Shown here in pieces: positions 51,722 to 59,793 of a stretch of 64,000 bases of DNA. The stretch spans positions 128,001-192,000 of the forward strand of contig JBOFUV010000034.1 of NCBI GenBank assembly GCA_051652765.1. The letters run 5' to 3'. Numbering within the stretch: position 1 is the stretch's first letter; each line of letters begins with the position of its first letter. The notes beneath the pieces are model-generated. The model did no database searches. It was not told the DNA's origin and was given only the letters and a program-made list of their open reading frames with translations. Position numbers and translations under genes: made by a program. This stretch comes from Microcoleaceae cyanobacterium (lineage in GTDB: Bacteria; Cyanobacteriota; Cyanobacteriia; Cyanobacteriales; Microcoleaceae).

Positions 51722-51779
51722 CTAATCCGCTTTAGAGTGCATGTTAGACTGAAAATTTAAACCTAATAACTAGTTATGC
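51722..51779 (+). other. second attI site with no adjacent integrase
   Basis: 51744-51777 is 30/34 identical to the reverse complement of 19739-19772; core GTTATGC at 51773-51779; extra CTAA conserved 18 nt further upstream in both. Confidence 0.8.
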
Positions 51780-51895
51780 CGCCTTAAGGTATTGTGGGGC
51801 GTGGTTGAAAGCTTGCCTGTGGGTTGCGGGAAGCTCTTGCTTAGAACACATCTGAAAGTTATCTATAAGCTGCGTAGTTGCAGAGATGCTCAAGT

Positions 51896-52282
51896 TTAAT
51901 GGTCGATGTGCAGTTTTGTTGGCTCTGCATCATACAGTCCTGGAATAACCAGCCATAACCACATCCGACATTTGAATAAACGTAAAGACAAGAGTTCTTC
52001 TGGGAAATTTTGCTGACCGTGCCCTTGCCAATGTCCAAGATTAGCGAGTTGCTGTTTGCTACAAGGCGGACACAGATCCCCAGGATTGCCTTTGTCAGGG
52101 CTGTAGTTGGGGTCGCTTTCGTTGAGAGGGATAGGCTCAGGCAACCGCCCATGGTTCGAGTAGGGACAGGGGTTGCCGTTCAATTCTGCCGAGATCATCC
52201 CGGAGCAGATCAGAGTATCGGGGTAGATTTTGCCATCAGGTGAGAGAAAAAGGGCTTTTGGGGAAGTATTAACACCGCTCAT
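51896..52282 (-). CDS. Cys-rich hypothetical protein
   Basis: 128 aa from ATG 52282; LICSG, PCPYS, LCPPC and FKC motifs. Confidence 0.7.
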   Translation of the reverse strand: MSGVNTSPKALFLSPDGKIYPDTLICSGMISAELNGNPCPYSNHGRLPEPIPLNESDPNYSPDKGNPGDLCPPCSKQQLANLGHWQGHGQQNFPEELLSLRLFKCRMWLWLVIPGLYDAEPTKLHIDH

Positions 52283-52336
52283 TGAGAATACCGATAAGAG
52301 ATTTTGCGTCAGGAGTACGCCTGATCGCATATTAGT

Positions 52337-52365
52337 ATTTTGAACGCTTAGCGGACATTAGTCAA
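52337..52365 (-). promoter_or_regulatory. putative promoter with dyad operator in the spacer
   Basis: Minus strand TTGACT-17 nt-CAAAAT; imperfect dyad TGTCCGCT-A-AGCGTTCA at 52341-52357. Confidence 0.45.
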
Positions 52366-52372
52366 TAAAGGA

Positions 52373-52867
52373 TTATCGCTTTTCTGAAGGTGGCACTTGG
52401 AAGTCAGATTGTTTAGCGATGAGTTCTAGGAATTTTGTGGTGGAGCGATCGGGGTCATAAGCGCCGTTTTCCCATTCGCTGACAGTTTGCCGACGAACCC
52501 CTAATTCCTGGGCAAATTGAGCTTGGGTTAAACCCATATGTTTGCGAAGGGCTTGGATCGCGTCCTGTTTCCAGATGATTGCGCCGTCTTTTTGCTGGAT
52601 GTTGTACTGTGTCTGAAATTTCTGAAAGGTAACGGTCTGCTGGGTTAGATCAACGGACTCGACGTGATAGCCTGCGCCAATCCAAGCTCCGGCTTGTAGG
52701 GCGCTGGAACTATCTCGATTGCTCCACCAGTTTTTCTTGTTCAATGCTGAGGTGGGCAGCGAGCAACCCATCAATGCTTCAATTTCGGCAAAGGTCAGCA
52801 TAACTGCCTCCTGATTGCAGCGTTGCAAGTGCTCAAAAATTGGGTAATACTTGCTTCCAGGTTTCAT
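52373..52867 (-). CDS. XRE-family HTH regulator with additional N-terminal domain
   Basis: SKYYPIFEHL...LTFAEIE...WWSN N-terminal domain; LRKHMGLTQAQFAQELGVRRQTVSEWENG HTH. Confidence 0.85.
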   Translation of the reverse strand: MKPGSKYYPIFEHLQRCNQEAVMLTFAEIEALMGCSLPTSALNKKNWWSNRDSSSALQAGAWIGAGYHVESVDLTQQTVTFQKFQTQYNIQQKDGAIIWKQDAIQALRKHMGLTQAQFAQELGVRRQTVSEWENGAYDPDRSTTKFLELIAKQSDFQVPPSEKR

Positions 52868-53355
52868 GCTGTCTCGCCAACTGCCTGCAAGACCTCTGCA
52901 TAAAGCCGCGCATCAATCCAGAAACCAACTTGCTCAATTAAGACATCAAGTAGCGGTTTTACCTCTTGAATCAGGTTGTTTCGTTTGGCGGCAATCAGGA
53001 TACCTAAGACACCTGTGACTTGTAGCCCTACTCGCATTGCAGCCGCTCTACCCAGTCGTTCGTCCATGAGGAGGCGATCGGCGTTTAACTCGATAGCCAG
53101 GGCGATCGCCTCAGCTTCTCCGGGATCGAGTTCGGCTCTTAACGTGTTGACAAATGCTCGATCGGTCGCGGATTGCGTTTTCACCCAGCTTAAGGTTGGT
53201 ACAACCCTGGCACTGGCATCGGTATTGCCAACATTAGTGATTTCGTTGAAAACCTTTGTTGGAATCACAATTTCGTCGTAAAGTTGGCGGAGCAAATCGA
53301 GCTGACCAATGGTGGACAGGTAAAAGATAGGCGACGTATTACTGACCACAATCAT
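52864..53355 (-). CDS. DUF3368 PIN-domain toxin
   Basis: VVSNTSP, LDPGEAEAIALA, LMDERLGR, TGVLGIL. Confidence 0.9.
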   Translation of the reverse strand: MIVVSNTSPIFYLSTIGQLDLLRQLYDEIVIPTKVFNEITNVGNTDASARVVPTLSWVKTQSATDRAFVNTLRAELDPGEAEAIALAIELNADRLLMDERLGRAAAMRVGLQVTGVLGILIAAKRNNLIQEVKPLLDVLIEQVGFWIDARLYAEVLQAVGETA

Positions 53356-53597
53356 CGCCAATCGTTTGCCTCCAGGGTTCTTAGGTCTTGCCGGAAGTCT
53401 TCAACGCCATAATGGATGGGGATTTTACGACTACCTAAAATGCGCTGAAACTCCAGCTGATTCATCCCTGCAAACTGGCTAGCAGTGCCCAGAGTAATCT
53501 TTTCCTGCTGAAATAGCAGAATGGCAATTTCGAGCTTGAGATCGGCTTCAGTGATATGTGCCGTTTGCAGAAACTCATCGGGAATGATTAGACTCAT
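53352..53597 (-). CDS. UPF0175-family antitoxin
   Basis: LEIAILLFQQEKITLGTASQFAGM...EF; ATGA overlap with the toxin. Confidence 0.9.
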   Translation of the reverse strand: MSLIIPDEFLQTAHITEADLKLEIAILLFQQEKITLGTASQFAGMNQLEFQRILGSRKIPIHYGVEDFRQDLRTLEANDWR

Positions 53598-53612
53598 GGT
53601 TCAAAATCTCCT

Positions 53613-53975
53613 TTAAGTTTGTGGTTCATCAGGCAAGGGGGGAAGTATTGACTCTAGCTGAACCAGAAGAGGATCTAACTCTGAGTGGATAATTGTCCAC
53701 AGAATATCTTGCCTGACTTCATCGTAGCGATGGGCAACAATGTTGCGTAACCCGACAATGCGTTGCCAGTCGATATCTGGATGGGCCTGTCGAAATGCAT
53801 CGGTGATCCGGCGGGCAGCTTCGCCCAGAATTTCAAATTGTCGCTCAACGGCACTGATGGTGCGAATATCGTTGAGATATTCGTCAAAGTTTAGATCACT
53901 GGTAAACGCTTGAATCCGTTGAATAGACTGCACCATATCCCATACTGAGGCAACATCACGGTTGTTTGATTGCAT
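53613..53975 (-). CDS. DUF86/HepT-like HEPN ribonuclease toxin
   Basis: AVERQFEILGEAA, GLRNIVAHRY (Rx4HxY). Confidence 0.92.
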   Translation of the reverse strand: MQSNNRDVASVWDMVQSIQRIQAFTSDLNFDEYLNDIRTISAVERQFEILGEAARRITDAFRQAHPDIDWQRIVGLRNIVAHRYDEVRQDILWTIIHSELDPLLVQLESILPPLPDEPQT

Positions 53976-54288
53976 AGATAACCTGACAAGTATTCAAGAT
54001 TTCATATCGTCTGTAGGGGTTTTTTAGATATTCCTTACTCACTAGGTCAACTTTACGGTTAAATAATGCCTCAATCGCTGCTTGCATGTTTGTCCAATCA
54101 TCCCAGGTTAAACGGTGATCAGGCGAAAAAGTGACGAGAATATCAATATCGCTATCGAGGCGAAAGTCGTCGCGCAGGACGGAGCCGAATAGGGCAAATT
54201 CAATGATGTGCCAGCGTTGGCAAAACTCTGCAATCTGAGCGGGAGAGGCTTTAATTCTGTCACCCACCAAACTGGTTAACTCAACCAT
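53956..54288 (-). CDS. minimal nucleotidyltransferase antitoxin (MntA-like)
   Basis: LFGSVLRDDFRLDSDIDILV, RKVDLV; AGGAGG RBS before ATG 54288. Confidence 0.92.
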   Translation of the reverse strand: MVELTSLVGDRIKASPAQIAEFCQRWHIIEFALFGSVLRDDFRLDSDIDILVTFSPDHRLTWDDWTNMQAAIEALFNRKVDLVSKEYLKNPYRRYEILNTCQVIYAIKQP

Positions 54289-55720
54289 CACCAACCTCCT
54301 CACCTAAAATCATCCGCTCTACTCGCGCTTTTGCGGTGGCAACGACGGCTTCGGCTTGCGATCGCAACTGCTTCGCCTCAGAGCGTCGCTGCTGTACCTT
54401 CAACGCAATTTCATCCTGTATTGCCTTCGGTGGAGTAGCTATTTTCAGAGCAGAGATATCATCTGGATAAATTTCAGTTTGCCCTGTAGCTCCACGATAA
54501 CGTTGCCAGAATTGAGCCTGCCCAAGTGAAGAATTGAGAAACTCGGCAAGAAAATGTGGATTATGTTCGGGTTTAAGGCGAACTATGGAGACGTGACCAT
54601 CAACAACACAATCAAATTCTTCTTCAAAGACACTCGCACGTCCCCAAGAACCATCACCTGTTGAAGTAATAAGAATGTCACCTTTATATACTTTCGATTT
54701 TTTCCCAGATGTTGTTTCAAGAAAACTGGGATCAACTCTGAGAGCACTCCCAAAATTAATGTAACCTGATCCGACATTAACAGTCTTTAGGACAGGTATA
54801 GCTCCATCTGAATTATATTTGGGTTGACTTCCCCGCTTAGGTTTTTCTCGGCATAGACTACCTAAATTTAATACAGGATATTTACCTTCTTTAGTAGCAT
54901 TGATAACTGTAACGTAGCGTCTGTCATAGATCTTAAAATCCCATCTGTCCTCTAAATCTGAAACTTTCATTACAAATCTAGGCTCATCTTGAATTTTCCC
55001 AACTATCACTTCTAAGATTTTTTTTATTTCATCATCAATACCTTTGACTAAACCTTTAGCTTCCTCTAATTTTTTCTGCCGATCGCCATAAGCCTCCTGC
55101 ATCACCTGGGCAATCTGGTCTTGGAGCGATCGGGGAGGAACTGATATTAGAATATGACCAACTTCCTTTAAGTTCATTTCAGGTCGTGTTGTTCGATGCG
55201 ACAACCGAATAACCTGAAATTCACCAAATTGAGAGTTGAGAAATGCTGCAACATAATGAGGATTAACATCCTCTGGCAACTCAATTCCTGCAATATGTCC
55301 TGTAATGCTACCTTCTTCTAAAAAATCTGGAAAGACAGCAGCAGTTCCTACTCGTCCAGCAATGGTGATCAAAACATTGCCGGGAACTACTCGGCTTCGA
55401 TGCAGTTCTTGGTGCTTCTCTTCAGAAATATATTTAATGTCACTTGAATCAATACCTGTAGGCAAGACATCTTTAACCCGAATATAGGGAATCCCGCTAT
55501 CCTGATACATGTCAACTTTGCGATTGCTCCCAAAGGGTCCGTCGAATAAACGAGAAGCAACCTTCTTTAGGGGTTTCAAAGGATATGGAGCATTATGCAA
55601 AGCATCAAGTCGTTCTTGATATTCTGGCAGATAAAATTCAACAAAAATCTTTGACGTAGTTAGCTGACTACGTTTGACTAGAAAATGGGTGCGATCGCTT
55701 TGACTTGTATTTACAGCCAT
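54281..55720 (-). CDS. restriction-modification specificity (S) subunit with two TRDs
   Basis: GPFGS, IPYIRVKD, GNVLITIAG, PPRSLQDQIA; second TRD GDILITSTG, PPKAIQDEIA. Confidence 0.85.
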   Translation of the reverse strand: MAVNTSQSDRTHFLVKRSQLTTSKIFVEFYLPEYQERLDALHNAPYPLKPLKKVASRLFDGPFGSNRKVDMYQDSGIPYIRVKDVLPTGIDSSDIKYISEEKHQELHRSRVVPGNVLITIAGRVGTAAVFPDFLEEGSITGHIAGIELPEDVNPHYVAAFLNSQFGEFQVIRLSHRTTRPEMNLKEVGHILISVPPRSLQDQIAQVMQEAYGDRQKKLEEAKGLVKGIDDEIKKILEVIVGKIQDEPRFVMKVSDLEDRWDFKIYDRRYVTVINATKEGKYPVLNLGSLCREKPKRGSQPKYNSDGAIPVLKTVNVGSGYINFGSALRVDPSFLETTSGKKSKVYKGDILITSTGDGSWGRASVFEEEFDCVVDGHVSIVRLKPEHNPHFLAEFLNSSLGQAQFWQRYRGATGQTEIYPDDISALKIATPPKAIQDEIALKVQQRRSEAKQLRSQAEAVVATAKARVERMILGEEVGDG

Positions 55721-57747
55721 CCCAGTAACTCGTTAAATTTCATAATTGTCCAAGAAATATCAGGAGGGCAGTGTGATTCGTCTTCCGAAACATTTAATCG
55801 CCCGGTTGCGTCATACCCAATGCTGTCTATTCTTGCCATATAAACGTCATAGTCCTCGTCCTCAACAGCATCCTGACCAATTTCAAGCTGTTCTGGCGAT
55901 AACCGAATTTCTCGCTTTTGTAACACAAGGATGCTGGTTTTCACACCTGCTCCGTACGGTGCGAATGTCTCTTGAGGCAAACTAAGAACAGCTTTCAGTT
56001 TTGCCCAGCGAAAGATCCAATCTCGAACATCCTGAGTTTGGCTATTAGCTAAAACTCCATCCGGTAAAACAATAGCGAGCTTGCCACCAGGTTTTAAGAA
56101 TTCAAGGCAACGGTTCATAAAAACAATTTCTTGAGGCATTGTTTTGGCTGTCTTGCCATTCTTCCTTGTCACCCCATCTCTGCCTGCAAGATCTTTTAAG
56201 ATGCCTTCGCTCGTTACCTTTGAGCCAAACGGCGGATTCGTCAAAATCATCGTCAACCCACCCGGATAAAATCCTGGTCGATCCGGCAACCCCTCCATAA
56301 TGCCGCCCGTGATACTGCCCAACGGTTGCAGTGCATCGATCACCTTCAAGTCGGCATACTGCGCCCCATTCATCAGGCAATTTACCCGCGCCACATGCAT
56401 CACATTGCGGGAAATCTCCGCCCCAAACAGCCGATTTTCGCGGAACTCTAAAAACTCCTGTGTCGGTTCATCCGGGTTTGTCACCTCTACCCCTGCCGCT
56501 TCTGCCTGCTCCAGTTCTTGCTTTCGCACATAGTCCAGCACATGGGTCAACATCCGTGCCGAACCACACGCCGGATCACCAACAAAATCATGCACCGTCG
56601 GCTGCAAAATCCCCACCATCAGATTAATCACCGGAGTTGGCGTGAAATATTGCCCCAGGTCATCCCGAAAGGTTTTGCCCAGGAAATCCTCAAACACGCC
56701 CCCCTTCACATCCGCCGTAGACTTCCGCAAACTCCAGGGCTGCAAGCGTCTGACAATTTCAACGGTCGTATGGGGCTTAAACTCCAATGCATCCGATTCT
56801 GTAAACGCCAGCCGAATACCCAGATGATCGCCAAACTTTTCGCTGAGGGTGTCCCGCTCCCACTGTTTCGCCTTTTCAAACGTATCCCGCACCTGCACCA
56901 TCAAACGCTCTGGGTCAGTTTCCCCTTGCTTATAGCTGAACACATAGGATCGCATCTCCCCCGTAGCCTTCACCAAGTCGATCGTTGCCTGCTCGTCATA
57001 CCACTTGGCAAACAAAAACTTGACCATGGCATCCACCGCTTCCTGGGGTTGCAATCCCTCATTATCCCGCAGGAGCGAGTGACAGCCCGATCGCGTATCC
57101 CCCAACACTTCCCGAAACTTGTCACGGGTCAAGGGTTGCAATCCCGTCTGAATGCCATCCGGCTCACTGGGATTGAGGATCACCTTAAACGGGCTATGCT
57201 CCGCCGCCGATCGCGCACTCTCGTACTTCGGCAAATCCCCAATTTCCTGAAGCGCACGGGGATATTCCAAATCACGGCGATAAATTTTGGTATGCGTGCC
57301 ACTGGTCAGGATGGCATACCGAGCCGAGGGTGACGCACTCATGTAAGCATTGAGTCGATTCAAGTGTTCAATCCAGCCTTCCGGCTCCGTTCCCTCAAAC
57401 TTCTTTCCTGGCTCCATTGCCTCCACCATAATGAAGGCAACATCCAACCCACCCCCTGCCCCGATATAGCGGTCATCATAAACAATGACATCTACAAACC
57501 CTAAATACCGTCTTCCCCCCTGATGCGTCCCTTCAGAAAAATCGGCATCGTGCTCCAATCTCATAGCATCCAGTGGGACACCGTATTCTTTGTGCAGGAG
57601 GGCGATCGCCCAAATGGTTACTGGATCTTCTACTGGACGAACGTATGTATCATCTTTGAATAACTTGGACAGATTTGAGTGCTTCCGATAGTCCTCTGAA
57701 ACAGTGGTTGGGTTTTGGTAGGGGTTGGTGAAGTTGGTAAACGACAT
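55711..57747 (-). CDS. N6-adenine DNA methylase with N-terminal HsdR_N-like domain (type IIB/IIG-like R-M fusion)
   Basis: GQYFTP, DPACGS, NPPF, LKPGGKLAIVLPDG, GVKTSIL; N-terminal VDVIVY...IMVEAM. Confidence 0.85.
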   Translation of the reverse strand: MSFTNFTNPYQNPTTVSEDYRKHSNLSKLFKDDTYVRPVEDPVTIWAIALLHKEYGVPLDAMRLEHDADFSEGTHQGGRRYLGFVDVIVYDDRYIGAGGGLDVAFIMVEAMEPGKKFEGTEPEGWIEHLNRLNAYMSASPSARYAILTSGTHTKIYRRDLEYPRALQEIGDLPKYESARSAAEHSPFKVILNPSEPDGIQTGLQPLTRDKFREVLGDTRSGCHSLLRDNEGLQPQEAVDAMVKFLFAKWYDEQATIDLVKATGEMRSYVFSYKQGETDPERLMVQVRDTFEKAKQWERDTLSEKFGDHLGIRLAFTESDALEFKPHTTVEIVRRLQPWSLRKSTADVKGGVFEDFLGKTFRDDLGQYFTPTPVINLMVGILQPTVHDFVGDPACGSARMLTHVLDYVRKQELEQAEAAGVEVTNPDEPTQEFLEFRENRLFGAEISRNVMHVARVNCLMNGAQYADLKVIDALQPLGSITGGIMEGLPDRPGFYPGGLTMILTNPPFGSKVTSEGILKDLAGRDGVTRKNGKTAKTMPQEIVFMNRCLEFLKPGGKLAIVLPDGVLANSQTQDVRDWIFRWAKLKAVLSLPQETFAPYGAGVKTSILVLQKREIRLSPEQLEIGQDAVEDEDYDVYMARIDSIGYDATGRLNVSEDESHCPPDISWTIMKFNELLGWL

Positions 57748-57877
57748 TCAGTTGGCAAAAGTTAGAGATCAGTACACTTTACTCTCTATGATGCCTGAAG
57801 GTAGTTGAGTTGTCTTGCTTTAGAATTATTCATAGGTGTTGGGTCAGATCCAACTTGTTGGTCAGCCAAGCACGGCG

Positions 57878-57982
57878 GCATAACAAGTCGTTGCAACGGG
57901 ATTTTGAGAGCGGATTGGCAAATTCTGGTTGAGTCTCAAAGTTGTTGCCGCTCTCAAAATCCGCTGAACTTGGTCGTTATTG
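57878..57982 (+). other. attC site (105 bp)
   Basis: GCATAAC ... GTTATTG with 13-bp stem ATTTTGAGAGCGG/CCGCTCTCAAAAT; arms nearly identical to attC 15941-16046 in the opposite orientation. Confidence 0.85.
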
Positions 57983-58120
57983 GTCAGCAAGGGGAAACGA
58001 ACATTCGGGCGCTCAGCTCGATGTTGCATTCTACTGCTCTCTTCAGGGATTGAACAGTAATTAGTCATAATGAGAATTGCTGTGAATGCTCAGACATACT
58101 TCACCCTAACACTGACTAGA

Positions 58121-58678
58121 ATGCCCTCCCCTATAGGACATACCCTGGCTGGCCTGTGTGGCTTCATTTTGGTGCAGCCCACTATGTCTAGATCACAAAG
58201 AGTTCCCTTGTTGATCCTGACTACGGTCATTGCCAATCTTCCAGATATTGATATTCTTCTTGGATTAATTCTGGCTGGAGATCCATTTATCTATCATCGC
58301 CAGGGAACCCACAGTTTGATTGCAGCTCTATTGGTGGGGGGTCTAGTCGCTGGTCTCACCCAGGTTTTCAACCTCAAGTGGCCTAGGGTTGGAGTCTGGG
58401 TAACGGGGCTCTACCTGAGTCATTTGTTTCTGGATATGTTAGTCAGTGACCAATACCCACCCGCTGGTGTGCAAGGGTTTTGGCCTTTGTCTCAGTCCTA
58501 TTTGATTTTTCCAATCACCCTGTTTGGGGGACTACAATTCAGCGAGGGCGGAAGGGGATTACTGGGAGCGCTGTTTAACCCCAATAATCTACTCACCCTG
58601 ATGCGGGAAATTGTAATCCTGCTACCCGTCGTTTGGCTAACTTGGCAAGGCGTTCAGCGCAGTCAACAGAGACCTTAA
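58121..58678 (+). CDS. YdjM-like membrane metal-dependent hydrolase
   Basis: MPSPIGH, ANLPDID, HRQGTHS, SHLFLD. Confidence 0.85.
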   Translation: MPSPIGHTLAGLCGFILVQPTMSRSQRVPLLILTTVIANLPDIDILLGLILAGDPFIYHRQGTHSLIAALLVGGLVAGLTQVFNLKWPRVGVWVTGLYLSHLFLDMLVSDQYPPAGVQGFWPLSQSYLIFPITLFGGLQFSEGGRGLLGALFNPNNLLTLMREIVILLPVVWLTWQGVQRSQQRP

Positions 58679-58692
58679 CTTGATGGCTTAAC

Positions 58693-59631
58693 TTAAGGTG
58701 ACTTAACATGCTTGATCAAGAGTTGGGCGATCGCCTGTAACTGTCTCTTGTCAAAGGTTTTGATCAAGACTTTGACCGCTTCCTTCGGATCGGCTGGGAT
58801 CGTCATCCCTGAAGGAACAGCGGCTTGACCTGCCGCCAGTTGTAATAACCGCTCACTGGGGGCAATCTCGCTGGCTCTCCCTGTTTCTAGGAGTTCACTG
58901 CCCTGCTTGAGTTCTTTGATGACTGTGTTGGCTAAATCGCTCAAGGCATTCCGAGAATTACTGATGGCCTTGTGAGCTGTTTTCACTAAATTCTGCCAGG
59001 GCTCTACACTAGGGCCAACCTTTGTTAAGCGAGCACATAACCCCGCGAGCTGTTTGCGAAGAGCTGGAGAGTCAGCAGTTTTAAACCCTTGCAACATGGG
59101 CTTCAGGACAGTCATCACTTGAGCTGCTGCTTTGGGAACCCCTGAACTGGCTGCTCTCGCTGAAGCCGTTGCTGGAGCCTGACCACTGACCAAGGTCTGA
59201 AAATGTCTTTCCAGCTTGTCAAATAGCGGTAAAGACGCAGTGACAATCTTGTCCCCCATGGCCTGAGAAAGACCTGCTGGGCTTTGACAGCGGTCAATTA
59301 AATTCTTGAGCACCTCATAGGCTTTTGTTGAGAGGGTTTGGGCGGTTGCGTCAACTTTAAACGCTGTATCCTTCACGGGCTTGAAACTATCTTCCAAACG
59401 CTTCGCGACCTTGTTTATGCTTTCCAGGCTTGGAACTTGACTCATCAACATCGCAGATCCTCCTTTGATGGAGTGAGCTGCTCGGTACATTGCGATCGCC
59501 TCTTCTCGATCTGGATTTACCATGATTGCCGGTAAATTCTTCAACCCATTCTCAAAAATCGCCAAGTGTTCCCCTGCCTCTTCCATAAAAATGGCAAAGA
59601 TTTTCCGGTACTGATCTTGCTCTACAGGCAC
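58693..59631 (-). CDS. Hpt-domain protein
   Basis: IFMEEAGEHL, YRAAHSIKGGSAML phospho-His motif; no kinase domain. Confidence 0.85.
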   Translation of the reverse strand: MPVEQDQYRKIFAIFMEEAGEHLAIFENGLKNLPAIMVNPDREEAIAMYRAAHSIKGGSAMLMSQVPSLESINKVAKRLEDSFKPVKDTAFKVDATAQTLSTKAYEVLKNLIDRCQSPAGLSQAMGDKIVTASLPLFDKLERHFQTLVSGQAPATASARAASSGVPKAAAQVMTVLKPMLQGFKTADSPALRKQLAGLCARLTKVGPSVEPWQNLVKTAHKAISNSRNALSDLANTVIKELKQGSELLETGRASEIAPSERLLQLAAGQAAVPSGMTIPADPKEAVKVLIKTFDKRQLQAIAQLLIKHVKSP

Positions 59632-59793
59632 GGCGACCCTCCTATTCCGTCAAAATTCCAGCCGAGCAGTTTTTCTGAGTGACAGATCCCCTGAATCTGA
59701 GATTGCCAGACCTTAGCAAAACAGCAGTATAAATCCAGGATCAGGCCACTCATGATTAAAAACTTTAGCTTACTAAGGGTAGTTTTCCCAAGG

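Larger units (their letters stand above)
51774..57976 (+). mobile_element. single 6.2-kb integron gene cassette with eight inverted genes
   Basis: Begins G|TTATGCCGCC at attI; its attC begins GGCGGCATAAC (exact reverse complement); no internal attC seen. Confidence 0.8.

Noticed and set aside
56518..57333. 271-aa plus-strand ORF
   Set aside because: Antisense shadow of the GC-rich methylase segment; no recognisable motifs.
57848..57863. ATCCAAC-TT-GTTGGTC as an extra att site
   Set aside because: Only a short dyad; it lacks the CCTAA/TTAGACT boxes of attI and the arms of attC.
57805..58068. Two short overlapping ORFs (82 and 68 aa)
   Set aside because: They run through the palindromic attC; no coding signal.
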